Positions 24,631-37,841 are shown, numbered from the whole stretch's first letter. The stretch: 63,598 nucleotides of DNA, filler included, from Octopus bimaculoides (GCF_001194135.2; 5 parts of 4 records of this genome joined end to end with filler, not necessarily neighbours in it), one strand, 5' to 3'. Notes: generated from the letters alone by a model not told the origin. Numbers and translations: made by a program.

Positions 24631-27554
24631 CTACAAGAAATTAGACAATAAAAAATAAATTTTGATTATATTGAACATATAATCAAAATCTTTGTATCTC
24701 CTAACCATACATTTCCTTTACAGCAGCACATCTGTTTCTGCCCTCTTTCTTGTTAACTTTCTCTCTCTCTCTCTTTCTGGATGGATAACCATGTACCTCT
24801 TCTACAGCAAGACATCTGTTTCTGTCTCTCTGTCACACTTGAACCATTCATCATCTGGCACAAGATCACCTCTTCCAATGCCCCATCCTTTCTCAAAGAT
24901 TTCTTGTCTTGCAAAGTTACTTGGTGACCCTGCCAGTGCAGGTGCCACTTAAAAAGCATCCATTCCACACTGTAAAGTGGTTGGCATTTGGAAGGACATC
25001 CAGCTGACCTTGCCTGCACTGTGCGGTGTGGTTGGCATTAGGAAGGGCATCCAGCCGTAAAAAAGCCATGCCAAAACAGACACAGAAGTCTGGTGCAGGC
25101 TCCTGCCTGGTCAGCTCCTGTTAAACTGTCCAACCCATGCCAGCATGGAAGGAGGACATTAAACAATGATAATGATGAATGAAACAGTGATATGAAGATC
25201 AAATCAACAAAGTGGAAATAAGAACATTTATTAAAATAGAATTTCCATGGGTTCTGCTGGTCACAACAACTATAACAATAATAATCCTTTCTACTGCAGG
25301 CACAAGGCCTGAAATTTTGAGGGAGGGGGGCCTAGTTGCTTACATCAAACCCATTGCTCAACAGATACTTATTTCGTCGATCCTGAAAGGTCAAAAAGGC
25401 AAAGTCAAACCTAGACAGAATTTGAACTCAGAGCATAAAGCCAGAAGAAATGCCACTACGCATTTTGTGCGGTGTGGTAACAATTCTACCAGCTTGCTGC
25501 CTCAATAAAAATGGTTTCAAGTTTTGGCACAAGGCCAGCAATTTTAGGGAAGGAGTAAATCGAATAGTGAAAAGAGGTTGCAGGTTATATTGTAATAAAA
25601 GGGTAAGATCCAGAATCCAAGGCGACTTGTGGTAGTCTGTGTTGGTGAAAGTTAATCCACAAAAGTTTATAAAAGAAAAGTAAAGCACATTGAAATGTTG
25701 AGGATGAGTGAAAAAATCTATCATGCCAGACACCTGGTCTATTTTGGAGAGAGAGAGAGAATATAGAGGCCTTAACACCACCTTCATAGATGGATTAAAT
25801 AACTTCAAAATATATTTGGTTTCAAATATTAATGTCTTAATGAGGTTCTAAAGACATTACCGTAAGTTGAAAAGATCTTTGCTACTATACACAAGAATCT
25901 GTGGTGTAATTTTGCTAGAATTCACTCTAATCTCATTTGATAATTATAACAGGATAACAGTAATACAGTATCTGCTGCAGCCTTCTATACTCAAGAGTAA
26001 CCTCCTACGTTTTCAACCTTTACTTTTCAATTATGCTGCCTCATGATACTGATGTCTTTATATAATATAAAGGCATGTTGAGTTAATCTTTCTTGTCACA
26101 GTTTGAGATTGATTTTATTGCATTAATCTTCTAAACTTATTATGGATTACTGTTGTGAATCTGACAATTTTTCAGCATCACTAGACACAAACTGATGTCA
26201 CTCAAGTTGAAAAATCTTTGGCCCAAGTGTACATTGTATGCTTCAGTGAGCTTCATTGCAATAAAAAGCTTGGAAAATGTTACCAGCTAAATACAAAAAG
26301 GTTATAATGATATAGCATAAAAACCTAGAGACATATGTCTAACGGGAACAGGAGAAAGACATAATTGTCAAAATGTGCTACAAGTAAGATAGTCAGCAAC
26401 CAGGAAATGACCAAAATGTGACTAACTGATTAATATAACCAGATTGATAACTTGAATTTTAATTAGTACAACTTATATTAATAATAGTGATGATTATAAT
26501 GATAAATTCAAGGCTCAGAATCATTTACTGTAAGAGAAGATAGTGTTGTTTTGAATTGATTCAAGTATATTTAGTAATAAATCAATGAACACAGAAAGAG
26601 AAAAAAAATCAATCCAGACAAGACTGAACATAAGAATGAAGCAGTAAAGATATTGTCAAAAAAAACAAAAAAAAAACAATAAGTACTTTATAATAAGAAA
26701 CCCAGACAAACTAGTCAGTTTATTTCAAACTTAGTCTGACATTCCTAGCTCAATTTTTATGTATATATTAACTCCTAGAAAATATCTACAGCACTAAAGT
26801 ATCAAGAAGAATAAATAGGTTATGCAAACATCAGGGTCAATGGTGTGTAAAATATGTAGATGAAAGAATATAACAGGTTTTTGAGAACAATGAAATTAGG
26901 TAAATTAGGAAAAAAAAAAAGTGGTGTGTATGTGTGAGCTTCATATATCTATTTATGTCAAGAAATGCGAAGTTGAATAGACATACAACTAAAGCTAAGT
27001 GGTTTCTAATTTGATTATCTCGAATAATTCCATCAAATTTTAATGTAGTTATCTCTTCATAATTATTATAATAAAATAAACATATAATCATTCACATAAT
27101 AGGATTATAAAATTACTATAGAATAATCCTTTAAAGCTTAACATCAACAATATTAAACCTCCAATGTTGGCACTTGTCACAATTACATCTCTAAACATAA
27201 TCAATAATTTTTATTATTTCAAGTACAAAGCAAGGAAAAGGATTAAAAGGAACTTAATTCCATCAGGCATATAAAAGTGGGGTTATTTGCTGTCAATAAA
27301 GTAAGTGTGCTGGAGAGTAATTCTAACTTAATAATGACCCAAAGCAGTCTATATTCTAATTTCAGTGGTACTTCCTATCATTATAATTATCATGTTAATG
27401 CTCTTAGGAATAGCATTAACTGATACTTTGCTTGCCTGTAGTAGTGGGTTCAAATCCCTTAAATGTATAGTTAGGAGAAGTAAAGACACCACTAAATTAA
27501 CTTCAACTTAGATACTCTACCTATAAATATAAATTTATTATAATGTAATTTGAG

Positions 27555-28045
27555 TGAGATCGTTGCCAGTGCCCCTGGACTGGCTCTTGTGCAGGTGGCA
27601 CATAAAATACACCATTTTGAGCGTGGCCGTTGCCAGTACCGCCTGACTGGCCTTCGTAGGATTTTCGAGCGAGATCGTTGCCAGTGCCCCTGGACTGGCT
27701 CTTGNNNNNNNNNNCCGTTGCCAGTACCGCCTGACTGGCCTTCGTAGGATTTTCGAGCGAGATCGTTGCCAGTGCCCCTGGACTGGCTCTTGTGCGAGTG
27801 GCACATAAAATACACCATTTTGAGCGTGGCTGTTGCCAGTACTGCCTGACTGGCCTTTGTGCGGGTGACATGTAAAAGCACCGACTACACTCTCAGAATG
27901 GTTGGCGTTAGGAAGGGCATCCAGCTGTAGAAACTCTGCCAAATCAGATTGGAGCCTGGTGTTGTCATCTGGTTTCACCAGTCCTCAGTCAAATCGTCCA
28001 ACCCATGCTAGCATGGAAAGCGGATGTTAAACGATGATGATGATG
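27555..28045 (+). mobile_element. Family A copy with reiterated internal subrepeats around a small gap
   Basis: Same 3' end and (GAT)n tail; repeated gttgccagtgcccctggactggctcttg units. Confidence 0.8.
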
Positions 28046-28645
28046 TAATTCCCACTTCTTTAGAATACAAGATCTAATGCAATGAATAAGAGTGCTGTGT
28101 TTTGAGTCAATGCCTTTGTCAAGGAGCATCGGCCTGGGTGTTCCAGCTTCCCACAGCTCCCATCCCCAAGCAGTTTAGAGAAAGTATTCCATGAGAAATC
28201 ATTATGCAGTGACATTAAAGCTGTGTGCGTTTTCACACCTTCAAGTATTGTTGGATATGAATAAATTTAACATAGAACGAGAAACCAATTGTAACAGTAA
28301 TGTCACAATTAGCTGTATGTATGTATGTATATGTGTGTGTGTGTGTGTATGTGTGTGTGTATATTCTTTTATTTGCTATAGCCATTAGACTTTGGCCAGT
28401 ACCTATTTGAAAGTCTTTTTTAAAGTCTGGTACTTTTCCTATCGATCACACCCGCACACAATATATATGTATATATATATATATATATATATAGGCGCAG
28501 GCTTGCTTCTCAACCACATGGTATATATACGTGTATGTATGTATACATATATATATATATATATGGCAGCAGTGACATGACTGAAAAAAGTAAAACAATA
28601 AAAAATTGCTTGTGTGTGTGTGTCTATATATGTGTCTGTGTTTGT

Positions 28646-28809
28646 CCCCCACCATTGCTTGAAAACCGATGTTGGTGTGTTTACGTCCCTGTAAACTAGC
28701 GGTTCGACAACAGAAACCGTTAGAATACCCCCACCATCGCTTGAAAACCAATGTTGGTGTGTTTACGTCCCTGTAAACTAGCGGTTCGACAACAGAAACC
28801 GTTAGAATA
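28646..28809 (+). repeat. 82-bp direct tandem duplication inside a SINE body; same unit recurs at 29284-29406 between gaps
   Basis: cccccaccat.gcttgaaaacc.atgttggtgtgtttacgtccctgtaaactagcggttcgacaacagaaaccgttagaata twice. Confidence 0.85.
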
Positions 28810-29949
28810 AGTACTAGGCTCACAAGGAATAAGGGTAATTTTTCAGTCAAATGACTGAAACAAAAGAATATGTGTGTGTGTGTGTATGTACACTACGGAC
28901 ATCTATGTATGTTTGCACGTACATACACATATACGTATGTATGTAGTCTGCACATGCATACATACATATGTATGCAATGTTCGCTAAGTAAAATACAAAC
29001 TTGAATAACAGTACAATACCAAAGCGAACTTCATCAAATTCTCTAAAGAAACCAGTACTTCAAATATTTATATCTAATAATAACCGTTACAGTACTTGAT
29101 CCAATACAACAGTGACCCCTGCCAGATTCTGGTACGGGTGACGAAGCAAGAAACACAGCATGTAAACCCTCGAAAAATAGCATTTCAGCGCAACTCCCAA
29201 GCAAACAATATTGTTAAATGTATAATTTAAATAGGCGCAGGAGTGGCTGTGTGGTAAGTAGCTTGCTTACCAANNNNNNNNNNTGTTTACGTCCCTGTAA
29301 ACTAGCGGTTCGACAACAGAAACCGTTAGAATACCCCCACCATCGCTTGAAAACCAATGTTGGTGTGTTTACGTCCCTGTAAACTAGCGGTTCGACAACA
29401 GAAACCNNNNNNNNNNNNNNNNNNNNNNNNNNNNNNNNNNNNNNNNNNNNTTAATTAATTAANNNNNNNNNNNNNNNNNNNNNNNNNNNNNNNNNNNNNN
29501 NNNNNNTATATATATATATATATATACATACATACATACATATATATGTATTTATATATTTATACATTTATACACATATATATATTTATACATACATGCA
29601 TGCATACATGTGCAAGTGTGTGCATGTATTTGTGCGTATAGATATGTCTGCGTATATATCATATACGCCTCTATAGGCCTGTGTTAGTCGTGGGATATGG
29701 GTCCCGTTTGAAACCGCTCGTTAAATAGTTTAGTAATCACTTCTAACTACATTTAGAAATTTATGCATGGGGTACAGGTGTTTAGATGTGGATGAGGTCT
29801 TTATGATGTACTGACAGGAAACCGAGACACAATATGATATTTTGAAGGGTCTAGAGGAAAGGTTAATATGTAATATAAGCTTCACCTTTGATTTTGAAAG
29901 GGGATGTTGATCCTCGCAAAATCGTAAGTGCACACACGTGCACATACAT

Positions 29950-30367
29950 AAATTCACTTATGTATGTATGTTATGTATGTATGTATGTATGTATGTATGT
30001 ATGTGTGTATGTATGTCGATACATATATTCATACACACATACACACACGCACACTCACATACATACATACATACATACATACATACATACATACATACAT
30101 ACATACATACATACATACTTGTACGCATATATGCATATGCAAGTGTATGAACAATGCACTCACTCATATATGTGCACATACATGTTATGACTATATACAT
30201 ATATATATATATGTACATATATATATATATGTATGTGTATGTGTATATATATATATATATATGCGNNNNNNNNNNNNNNNNNNNNNNNNNNNNNNNNNNN
30301 NNNNNNNNNNNNNNNNNNNNNNNNNNNNNNNNNNNNNNNNNNNNNNNNNNNNNNNNNNNNNNNNNNN

Positions 30368-30406
<39 letters not shown>

Positions 30407-30470
30407 GTATATATATATGTGTGTATGTGTGTGTGTGTGTATATATATACATATATATGCGAATGTATAA
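29950..30470. repeat. Compound (TATG)n/(TACA)n/(TA)n microsatellite block; similar blocks at 3730-4065, 32650-33240, 52550-53205, 57980-58120, 62950-63598
   Basis: Visible di- and tetranucleotide arrays; these produce the Y/I/H/T/C/V/M pseudo-ORFs. Confidence 0.95.
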
Positions 30471-30501
30471 AAAAACAAAACAAATAAAAATAAATACTGA
30501 C

Positions 30502-30719
30502 CACACGTTAGGATGAGATCTCTGTCCAGTTTGTCTGTAATATACATGCCGTCGAGGGCTTCGCGATCAATGTGTCGAAGATCCGCCTCGGAATCGAACC
30601 CTTTCGTTCGGAAGATGTCGTAGTAATGTAAAAGTCCCAGCTGTTCCAGGAAAGTTTTGACCCCACAAGGGATCATTCGATAGCTATCGTCTTTCATATT
30701 CGATGATATCAGGTACGAT
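30502..30719 (-). CDS. Exon encoding a sterile alpha motif (SAM) domain (MKDDSYRMIPCGVKTFLEQLGLLHYYDIFRTKGFDSEADLRHIDREALDGMYITDKLDRDLILTC)
   Basis: SAM pattern V..FLE.LGL..Y...F...GFD....L..ID...L..M.IT...R..IL; cattag acceptor, g|gtcagt donor; normal composition amid microsatellites. ATG at 30697 may or may not be the start. Confidence 0.85.
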
Positions 30720-31760
30720 CTAATGTATATTTATAATGTATATAAATATATATGTATATATGTATATGTATATGTATATATAATGCACGTATGAAACTTA
30801 TAAATAAGAATATATAAATATATGTTTTGGTATATATATATATATATATTGTTGTGTATATATGCGTGTGTGTTAATATATCTATATATATAGTTTGTAA
30901 GTCTTTGAACAAATGCCGGATATAAAAAGAAAAATCACAAGTTTTGTTCCAGATGTCAGTTGAAATTATAGATGATCCCCAAGTTCTTCGCTTCTAAAGA
31001 AATGCGTCTTTTTCTCAGAGAGTCAAGTATTTTGTAATGAAAAGTGAAAATTGAATCTCTTAGCAATGAAAGAAATCAAACCATTCCGATGTATTTTCCA
31101 TACCTGTCGAAGAAACAATGATCAACAAGTGTGCTTTCACCTCACCTTTCAAATTATCTATGTACCTATTTATATTTGTTTCTTGTTTTTATCAATAAAT
31201 TTCGGCACCTATTTTGTATGTTTTGACAAGTTCGAAACTGCTTACAGGTGAAGGAGAAGAAGGAGAAGGAGAAGAAGGCGAAAGCTAGAAAAGGCTTGAG
31301 AAGAAGAAGAAGAAGAAAGAGAAGAAAAGGTAGAAAGAAGTGTGGTGATTATTCTAAGTGTACCTGACGTTAACGATTAGATAAGCTTGTAAAAATAATA
31401 ATGAATAATAATGAATGCTGGATGTTTTGCTAGGTGATAGAGAATATATTAATAATAATAATAAGAATAATATCAAGTAAATAGGATCAGGCCTTAACAG
31501 GCTTTCATACAGCGATCGTCTTGTGTGCAGCCCCTCAGAAAGTAATCAGGTCCATGCGCGGTGTGATAGGCTAGCTGTGTGCTGAAGACAACGCTGTTCT
31601 CACCTGTTCGTTTACCTTGTTGTCAAAGTAACAAGCCGACAATAAACAACACACGTGTTAGGGAGCAGGCCTGCGCTTGTTGAACGTTTTTTAAGGCGTT
31701 TTTCCGACTGTGGTTACCCTTTATAGCAGGGGCTGACGGGTGTGGGAGTGCGGTTGGGGG

Positions 31761-32653
31761 NNNNNNNNNNNNNNNNNNNNNNNNNNNNNNNNNNNNNNNN
31801 NNNNNNNNNNNNNNNNNNNNNNNNNNNNNNNNNNNNNNNNNNNNNNNNNNNNNNNNNNNNNNNNNNNNNNNNNNNNNNNNNNNNNNNNNNNNNNNNNNNN
31901 NNNNNNNNNNNNNNNNNNNNNNNNNNNNNNNNNNNNNNNNNNNNNNNNNNNNNNNNNNNNNNNNNNNNNNNNNNNNNNNNNNNNNNNNNNNNNNNNNNNN
32001 NNNNNNNNNNNNNNNNNNNNNNNNNNNNNNNNNNNNNNNNNNNNNNNNNNNNNNNNNNNNNNNNNNNNNNNNNNNNNNNNNNNNNNNNNNNNNNNNNNNN
32101 NNNNNNNNNNNNNNNNNNNNNNNNNNNNNNNNNNNNNNNNNNNNNNNNNNNNNNNNNNNNNNNNNNNNNNNNNNNNNNNNNNNNNNNNNNNNNNNNNNNN
32201 NNNNNNNNNNNNNNNNNNNNNNNNNNNNNNNNNNNNNNNNNNNNNNNNNNNNNNNNNNNNNNNNNNNNNNNNNNNNNNNNNNNNNNNNNNNNNNNNNNNN
32301 NNNNNNNNNNNNNNNNNNNNNNNNNNNNNNNNNNNNNNNNNNNNNNNNNNNNNNNNNNNNNNNNNNNNNNNNNNNNNNNNNNNNNNNNNNNNNNNNNNNN
32401 NNNNNNNNNNNNNNNNNNNNNNNNNNNNNNNNNNNNNNNNNNNNNNNNNNNNNNNNNNNNNNNNNNNNNNNNNNNNNNNNNNNNNNNNNNNNNNNNNNNN
32501 NNNNNNNNNNNNNNNNNNNNNNNNNNNNNNNNNNNNNNNNNNNNNNNNNNNNNNNNNNNNNNNNNNNNNNNNNNNNNNNNNNNNNNNNNNNNNNNNNNNN
32601 NNNNNNNNNNNNNNNNNNNNNNNNNNNNNNNNNNNNNNNNNNNNNNNNNNNNN
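31761..32653. other. Assembly gap; about 30 N runs occur in the window and may hide exons
   Basis: N runs. Some contain the spacer ttaattaattaa (29451, 40234, 46381, 62396). Confidence 1.
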
Positions 32654-33023
32654 TATATATATATATATATGTATATGTTCGTATGCATATATGAACTCAA
32701 AGACATCCTTTATACACACACATATATATGTGTGTATGTATATATATTTATATGTGTGTGTATACACACACGTACACACAGAAATATGTATATATGTTTA
32801 TATGCATGTATACATTGTGGGAGGGATGGGGGGATATGGGTATATATAAAAGGCTGGCTGGCTGGATAAATGGATGTTTGTGTATATGTATATTTGTATA
32901 TGTTTGTGTGCGTGTTTGTACATAGAAATATATTTGTATGCATTCATGTATTATTATCAATCAATCAATGAATCAATGAATCGATGAACGAGTGACTGAA
33001 TGACTAAATGGATCAATCAATGA

Positions 33024-33069
<46 letters not shown>

Positions 33070-33084
33070 TTTTCTATCTGTCAA

Positions 33085-33167
<83 letters not shown>

Positions 33168-35874
33168 AGATATATAGATAGACCGACAGATATGTGCTTG
33201 TGTATGTGCACGTATGTGTGAATATATATGCATACATACATANNNNNNNNNNNNNNNNNNNNNNNNNNNNNNNNNNNNNNNNNNNNNNNNNNNNNNNNNN
33301 NNNNNNNNNNNNNNNNNNNNNNNNNNNNNNNNNNNNNNNNNNNNNNNNNNNNNNNNNNNNNNNNNNNNNNNNNNNNNNNNNNNNNNNNNNNNNNNNNNNN
33401 NNNNNNNNNNNNNNNNNNNNNNNNNNNNNNNNNNNNNNNNNNNNNNNNNNNNNNNNNNNNNNNNNNNNNNNNNNNNNNNNNNNNNNNNNNNNNNNNNNNN
33501 NNNNNNNNNNNNNNNNNNNNNNNNNNNNNNNNNNNNNNNNNNNNNNNNNNNNNNNNNNNNNNNNNNNNNNNNNNNNNNNNNNNNNNNNNNNNNNNNNNNN
33601 NNNNNNNNNNNNNNNNNNNNNNNNNNNNNNNNNNNNNNNNNNNNNNNNNNNNNNNNNNNTTTCCCTTCGTCGGCGTTCGACAGCTGATGACCTTGGTGAG
33701 AGAGATAAATCTGGCAAAACCTTATATCTTCTTTTCCAGTGACATTCTTCACTGATATTGAAAAGGTGAAAACAAGCAATGTTAATTCTCTAAATGAAGT
33801 ATTAACAGTAACTGCACGATAAAGTGTAGTATATTGCCACTTAAGTGTGGCTGACCCCTAGGGGTGGATGTTACTGTTGCTTTTAGCCCCAGGAGGACAT
33901 CTCCTCCAGCTGGCTTATCGACACACGACTGTGTCCTGTTTGCCAAGGGAGTTATCCCTCTCACCGCGACCAGCAACATATATATATATACATGTGTATC
34001 TATATATGCGCATATACACGCACGTACACACACACACACACACGCACACGACATGCTTAGCGGCATTTCGTCCGACTGTACGCTCTGTGTCCAAATTTCG
34101 TCAAAATCTTTCCCTATCATCCTTTCGGGGTCGATAAAATAAGTACCAGTTGAGCACTGGGGTCGATGTATTCGATTTCCCCTCCTCTCAGAATTGCTAG
34201 CCCTGTGGCAAAACTTTGGAAGAATTATTAGTAACCTCCACCTGTTGTATCCCGCTGTGGATAAATAACTAAAATGCTAAATGGAAGAAATGATAAAGAC
34301 TCGAGTAAAACGACTTATAAGTGTGTATATAAGAGGTGCGATGGGTACAACGGGAGCGCCTTGGTTGTAGGTCCAATTATTCAAAGCTAACATGTATCCC
34401 CTGCGCCTCAAACACCTATTATCTGGTCACATCCCTTCACGTTCCAATTTCAACTCATCTCGTCGGAATCAACTTTGCCTCTCATCTTATCGTGGTATGA
34501 GAGAGCCTCTACATAGTCGCCTGACCTGCTAGACATAGCAACCAAGTCTCCTTCTAGTTATACTACAGTGTTTTTAAGATAAATGAAAGAGCACATTGGA
34601 TTACGTAGCCTTTGATATACCGTGCCATAAAGACGGAAGATTATAACTATATCATCTGTCCGTGCTTACAGGCTCTTGAGGCCAAAGTTTAAACCGGACT
34701 TTCAAGCCGTTTAAGGCTGAATGGTATATCCGTTAGCTGCATGGTTAATCCCAGGGGCTCTTAGGATGAGTGTAAGTGCGTATATACACAGTACAAGGCC
34801 TTTTTGTCGTTACGTCTTTTAAATCACGCCTGATCTAGTGCTAAGCAATTACAAACAAGAACAACAGCAGTTACAATAGGACATAGGGCGACTGATAAGA
34901 TAAGTTACCCCACTCCTGAAGTACCGTGGTTGATAACAAGGACTCCAATAACCCCCACAGGTTATTGGAGTTCATGTAATCGACTATGATCTTTTGCAAA
35001 CTCTGTGACCTAGGGTATGTGCTGTCCAGGACAACCCTTCAGTTTGCTGTCCCCGCCATGCTTTTCTCCCTACACAGCCCCAAAAGTGCTCCTCCAGCCC
35101 ACCATAAAAACTCTGTCTGGGGTGGGCCTCCCCCATTACACCTTACCACCCTATTACGCTACTGACCTTATATCAATGATAGAAATTATTTATCTATTTA
35201 TTTATGTTTGTGGAGTGGCAGAATCGGTATATAACTGCATTCCGCTAAGTTCTGAGTTCGAATCGCCAACCATCGAGTGAAATAACCTTTGAACATTTTT
35301 ATAAGATCGAAATTTCTAAAAAAAAGAAAAAAAAAAACAAAAAAACAAAAAAAACAAACAAAAACAAGGAAATAAACTTCAACACAATATATATTTTCCA
35401 TTGTTTGATATCAGCTCGTAAAAAATTGATAAGGAGTGGCCCTCTCGATCGACTTGAAGAGTAATTCTTTAAAAATTTTAATCCCTTAGCATTCAGATTA
35501 CATCGTCAAATGTAATGCTTATCTGTTCACATTGTTTTTAATTAATCCTGCATTATCTTGAGGCATAAAGATTTCGATGATATAACTGTTTTTTTTTTTT
35601 GAGAATGACATTGTTGGGTAAGTGTAAGAGGTCGGATCTGGTCCGTTTGAATATAAAACAAACAAACAAACAAAAAATCAGGTAGACTATTTGGGCCAGG
35701 CATGACCAGCTTGAATGCTAAGGGATAAATAACCTCAGTTGCAAGCATGTACTGGGTGGGGGTCGATTTAAATGGTTATAACTTTCGCCCTCCATGCCAG
35801 CATGAACAGTTTAGTATGAAAAAAAAATCAAGACCACATTACGAGAAGAAGCAATAAAAACTGAAACAAAACGG

Positions 35875-36035
35875 GCGGCGAGCTGGCAGAAACGTTAGCG
35901 CACCGGGCGAAATGCTTAGCGTTATTATTTCGTCTGCCGTTACCTTCCGAGTTCAAATTCCGCCGAGGTCGACTTTGCCTTTTATCCTTTCAGGATCGAT
36001 TAAATAAGTACCAGTTACGCACTGGGGTCGATATA
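35875..36035 (+). mobile_element. tRNA-head SINE family C (ggcgagctggcagaaacgttagc...gagttcaaattccgccgaggtcgactttgcctttcatcc)
   Basis: B-box-like gagttcaaattcc. Other copies at about 11810-11945(+), 14090-14810(-, several), 19640-19870(-), 25270-25500(-), 34050-34220(+), 36130-36300(+), 48545-48750(+), 58940-59170(+). Confidence 0.8.
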
Positions 36036-37783
36036 CTGACAAGCAAATCTGTGGTATTGAGCAGAATATTTGCTGTAGTCCATTTTTTTTTTATACCAAG
36101 GCAAACCAATGTACAATGATAACACTGCACGCTGGACGAAATGCTTAGCGGTATTTCGCCCGTCCTTACGTTCTGAGTTCAAATTCCGCCGAGGCCGACT
36201 TTAGCTNNNNNNNNNNATAATCGACTGATCCCCACCCGCCAAAATTCGAGTCCATGTGCCACCGGTAGAAAGGATTATTATTATTATTATTATTATTATT
36301 TCAGAAAAAAAAAATGTTTATTGTTATTAGAGAAGAAAATATGTACCTGCTCCTAGGCGCCCGTATATATTTGCCCATCCGGTGCGTAAATGGCGTGTAC
36401 AGATGCTGGTGTTTATAAAAAAACAGGATGAAATAAGTTACATACACAATTATACACGCACTGCCCGGCACGCGCGATCGAGTGCTTGTTGCATGCGCAG
36501 GTATATACACATTGCCGCGTGTATCCATATGAAGAGACACACGTACACACACACACACATGCGCGCGCGCGCGCGCTCTAATGTAAGGGACAATAGAGAA
36601 ATGACTAAAGGTAAGGGCGGTGGAGGTGGTTATGGATTGGGTGGTGGTGGTGGCGATGGTGGCGGTGGTGGTGATGGTGGTGGTGGTGGTGGCAGCGGTA
36701 GTGGTGGTGGTGACACAAGCATATGTTCTGACACATGAATGGGATTCAAAATCATAAATAAACGTGTGTGTGTGTGTGTATGTCTGTGTGTGTGTGTCTG
36801 TGTGTATATATATATATATATATTAATATATATATATATATATAAATGTATATNNNNNNNNNNNNNNNNNNNNNNNNNNNNNNNNNNNNNNNNNNNNNNN
36901 NNNNNNNNNNNNNNNNNNNNNNNNNNNNNNNNNNNNNNNNNNNNNNNNNNNNNNNNNNNNNNNNNNNNNNNNNNNNNNNNNNNNNNNNNNNNNNNNNNNN
37001 NNNNNNNNNNNNNNNNNNNNNNNNNNNNNNNNNNNNNNNNNNNNNNNNNNNNNNNNNNNNNNNNNNNNNNNNNNNNNNNNNNNNNNNNNNNNNNNNNNNN
37101 NNNNNNNNNNNNNNNNNNNNNNNNNNNNNNNNNNNNNNNNNNNNNNNNNNNNNNNNNNNNNNNNNNNNNNNNNNNNNNNNNNNNNNNNNNNNNNNNNNNN
37201 NNNNNNNNNNNNNNNNNNNNNNNNNNNNNNNNNNNNNNNNNNNNNNNNNNNNNNNNNNNNNNNNNNNNNNNNNNNNNNNNNNNNNNNNNNNNNNNNNNNN
37301 NNNNNNNNNNNNNNNNNNNNNNNNNNNNNNNNNNNNNNNNNNNNNNNNNNNNNNNNNNNNNNNNNNNNNNNNNNNNNNNNNNNNNNNNNNNNNNNNNNNN
37401 NNNNNNNNNNNNNNNNNNNNNNNNNNNNNNNNNNNNNNNNNNNNNNNNNNNNNNNNNNNNNNNNNNNNNNNNNNNNNNNNNNNNNNNNNNNNNNNNNNNN
37501 NNNNNNNNNNNNNNNNNNNNNNNNNNNNNNNNNNNNNNNNNNNNNNNNNNNNNNNNNNNNNNNNNNNNNNNNNNNNNNNNNNNNNNNNNNNNNNNNNNNN
37601 NNNNNNNNNNNNNNNNNNNNNNNNNNNNNNNNNNNNNNNNNNNNNNNNNNNNNNNNNNNNNNNNNNNNNNNNNNNNNNNNNNNNNNNNNNNNNNNNNNNN
37701 NNNNNNNNNNNNNNNNNNNNNNNNNNNNNNNNNNNNNNNNNNNNNNNNNNNNNNNNNNNNNNNNNNNNNNNNNNNNNNNNNNN

Positions 37784-37841
<58 letters not shown>

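Noticed and set aside
27555-27880. Repeat-spacer-like periodic units that might suggest a CRISPR-type array
   Set aside because: Eukaryotic SINE subrepeats with non-unique spacers, also present in other SINE copies; partly a gap artefact.
29451-29462. ttaattaattaa islands inside N runs (also 40234, 46381, 62396)
   Set aside because: Identical 12-mer embedded in gaps with stops in all frames; a scaffolding spacer, not biology.
29818-29923. Apparent + strand exon ETETQYDILKGLEER with gtaagt donor
   Set aside because: No pyrimidine tract, stops in all frames before the donor unless a 39-nt intron is assumed, and no partner exons.
36382-36738. Gly-rich ORF
   Set aside because: Made of (CA)n, (GC)n and (GGT)n simple repeats.
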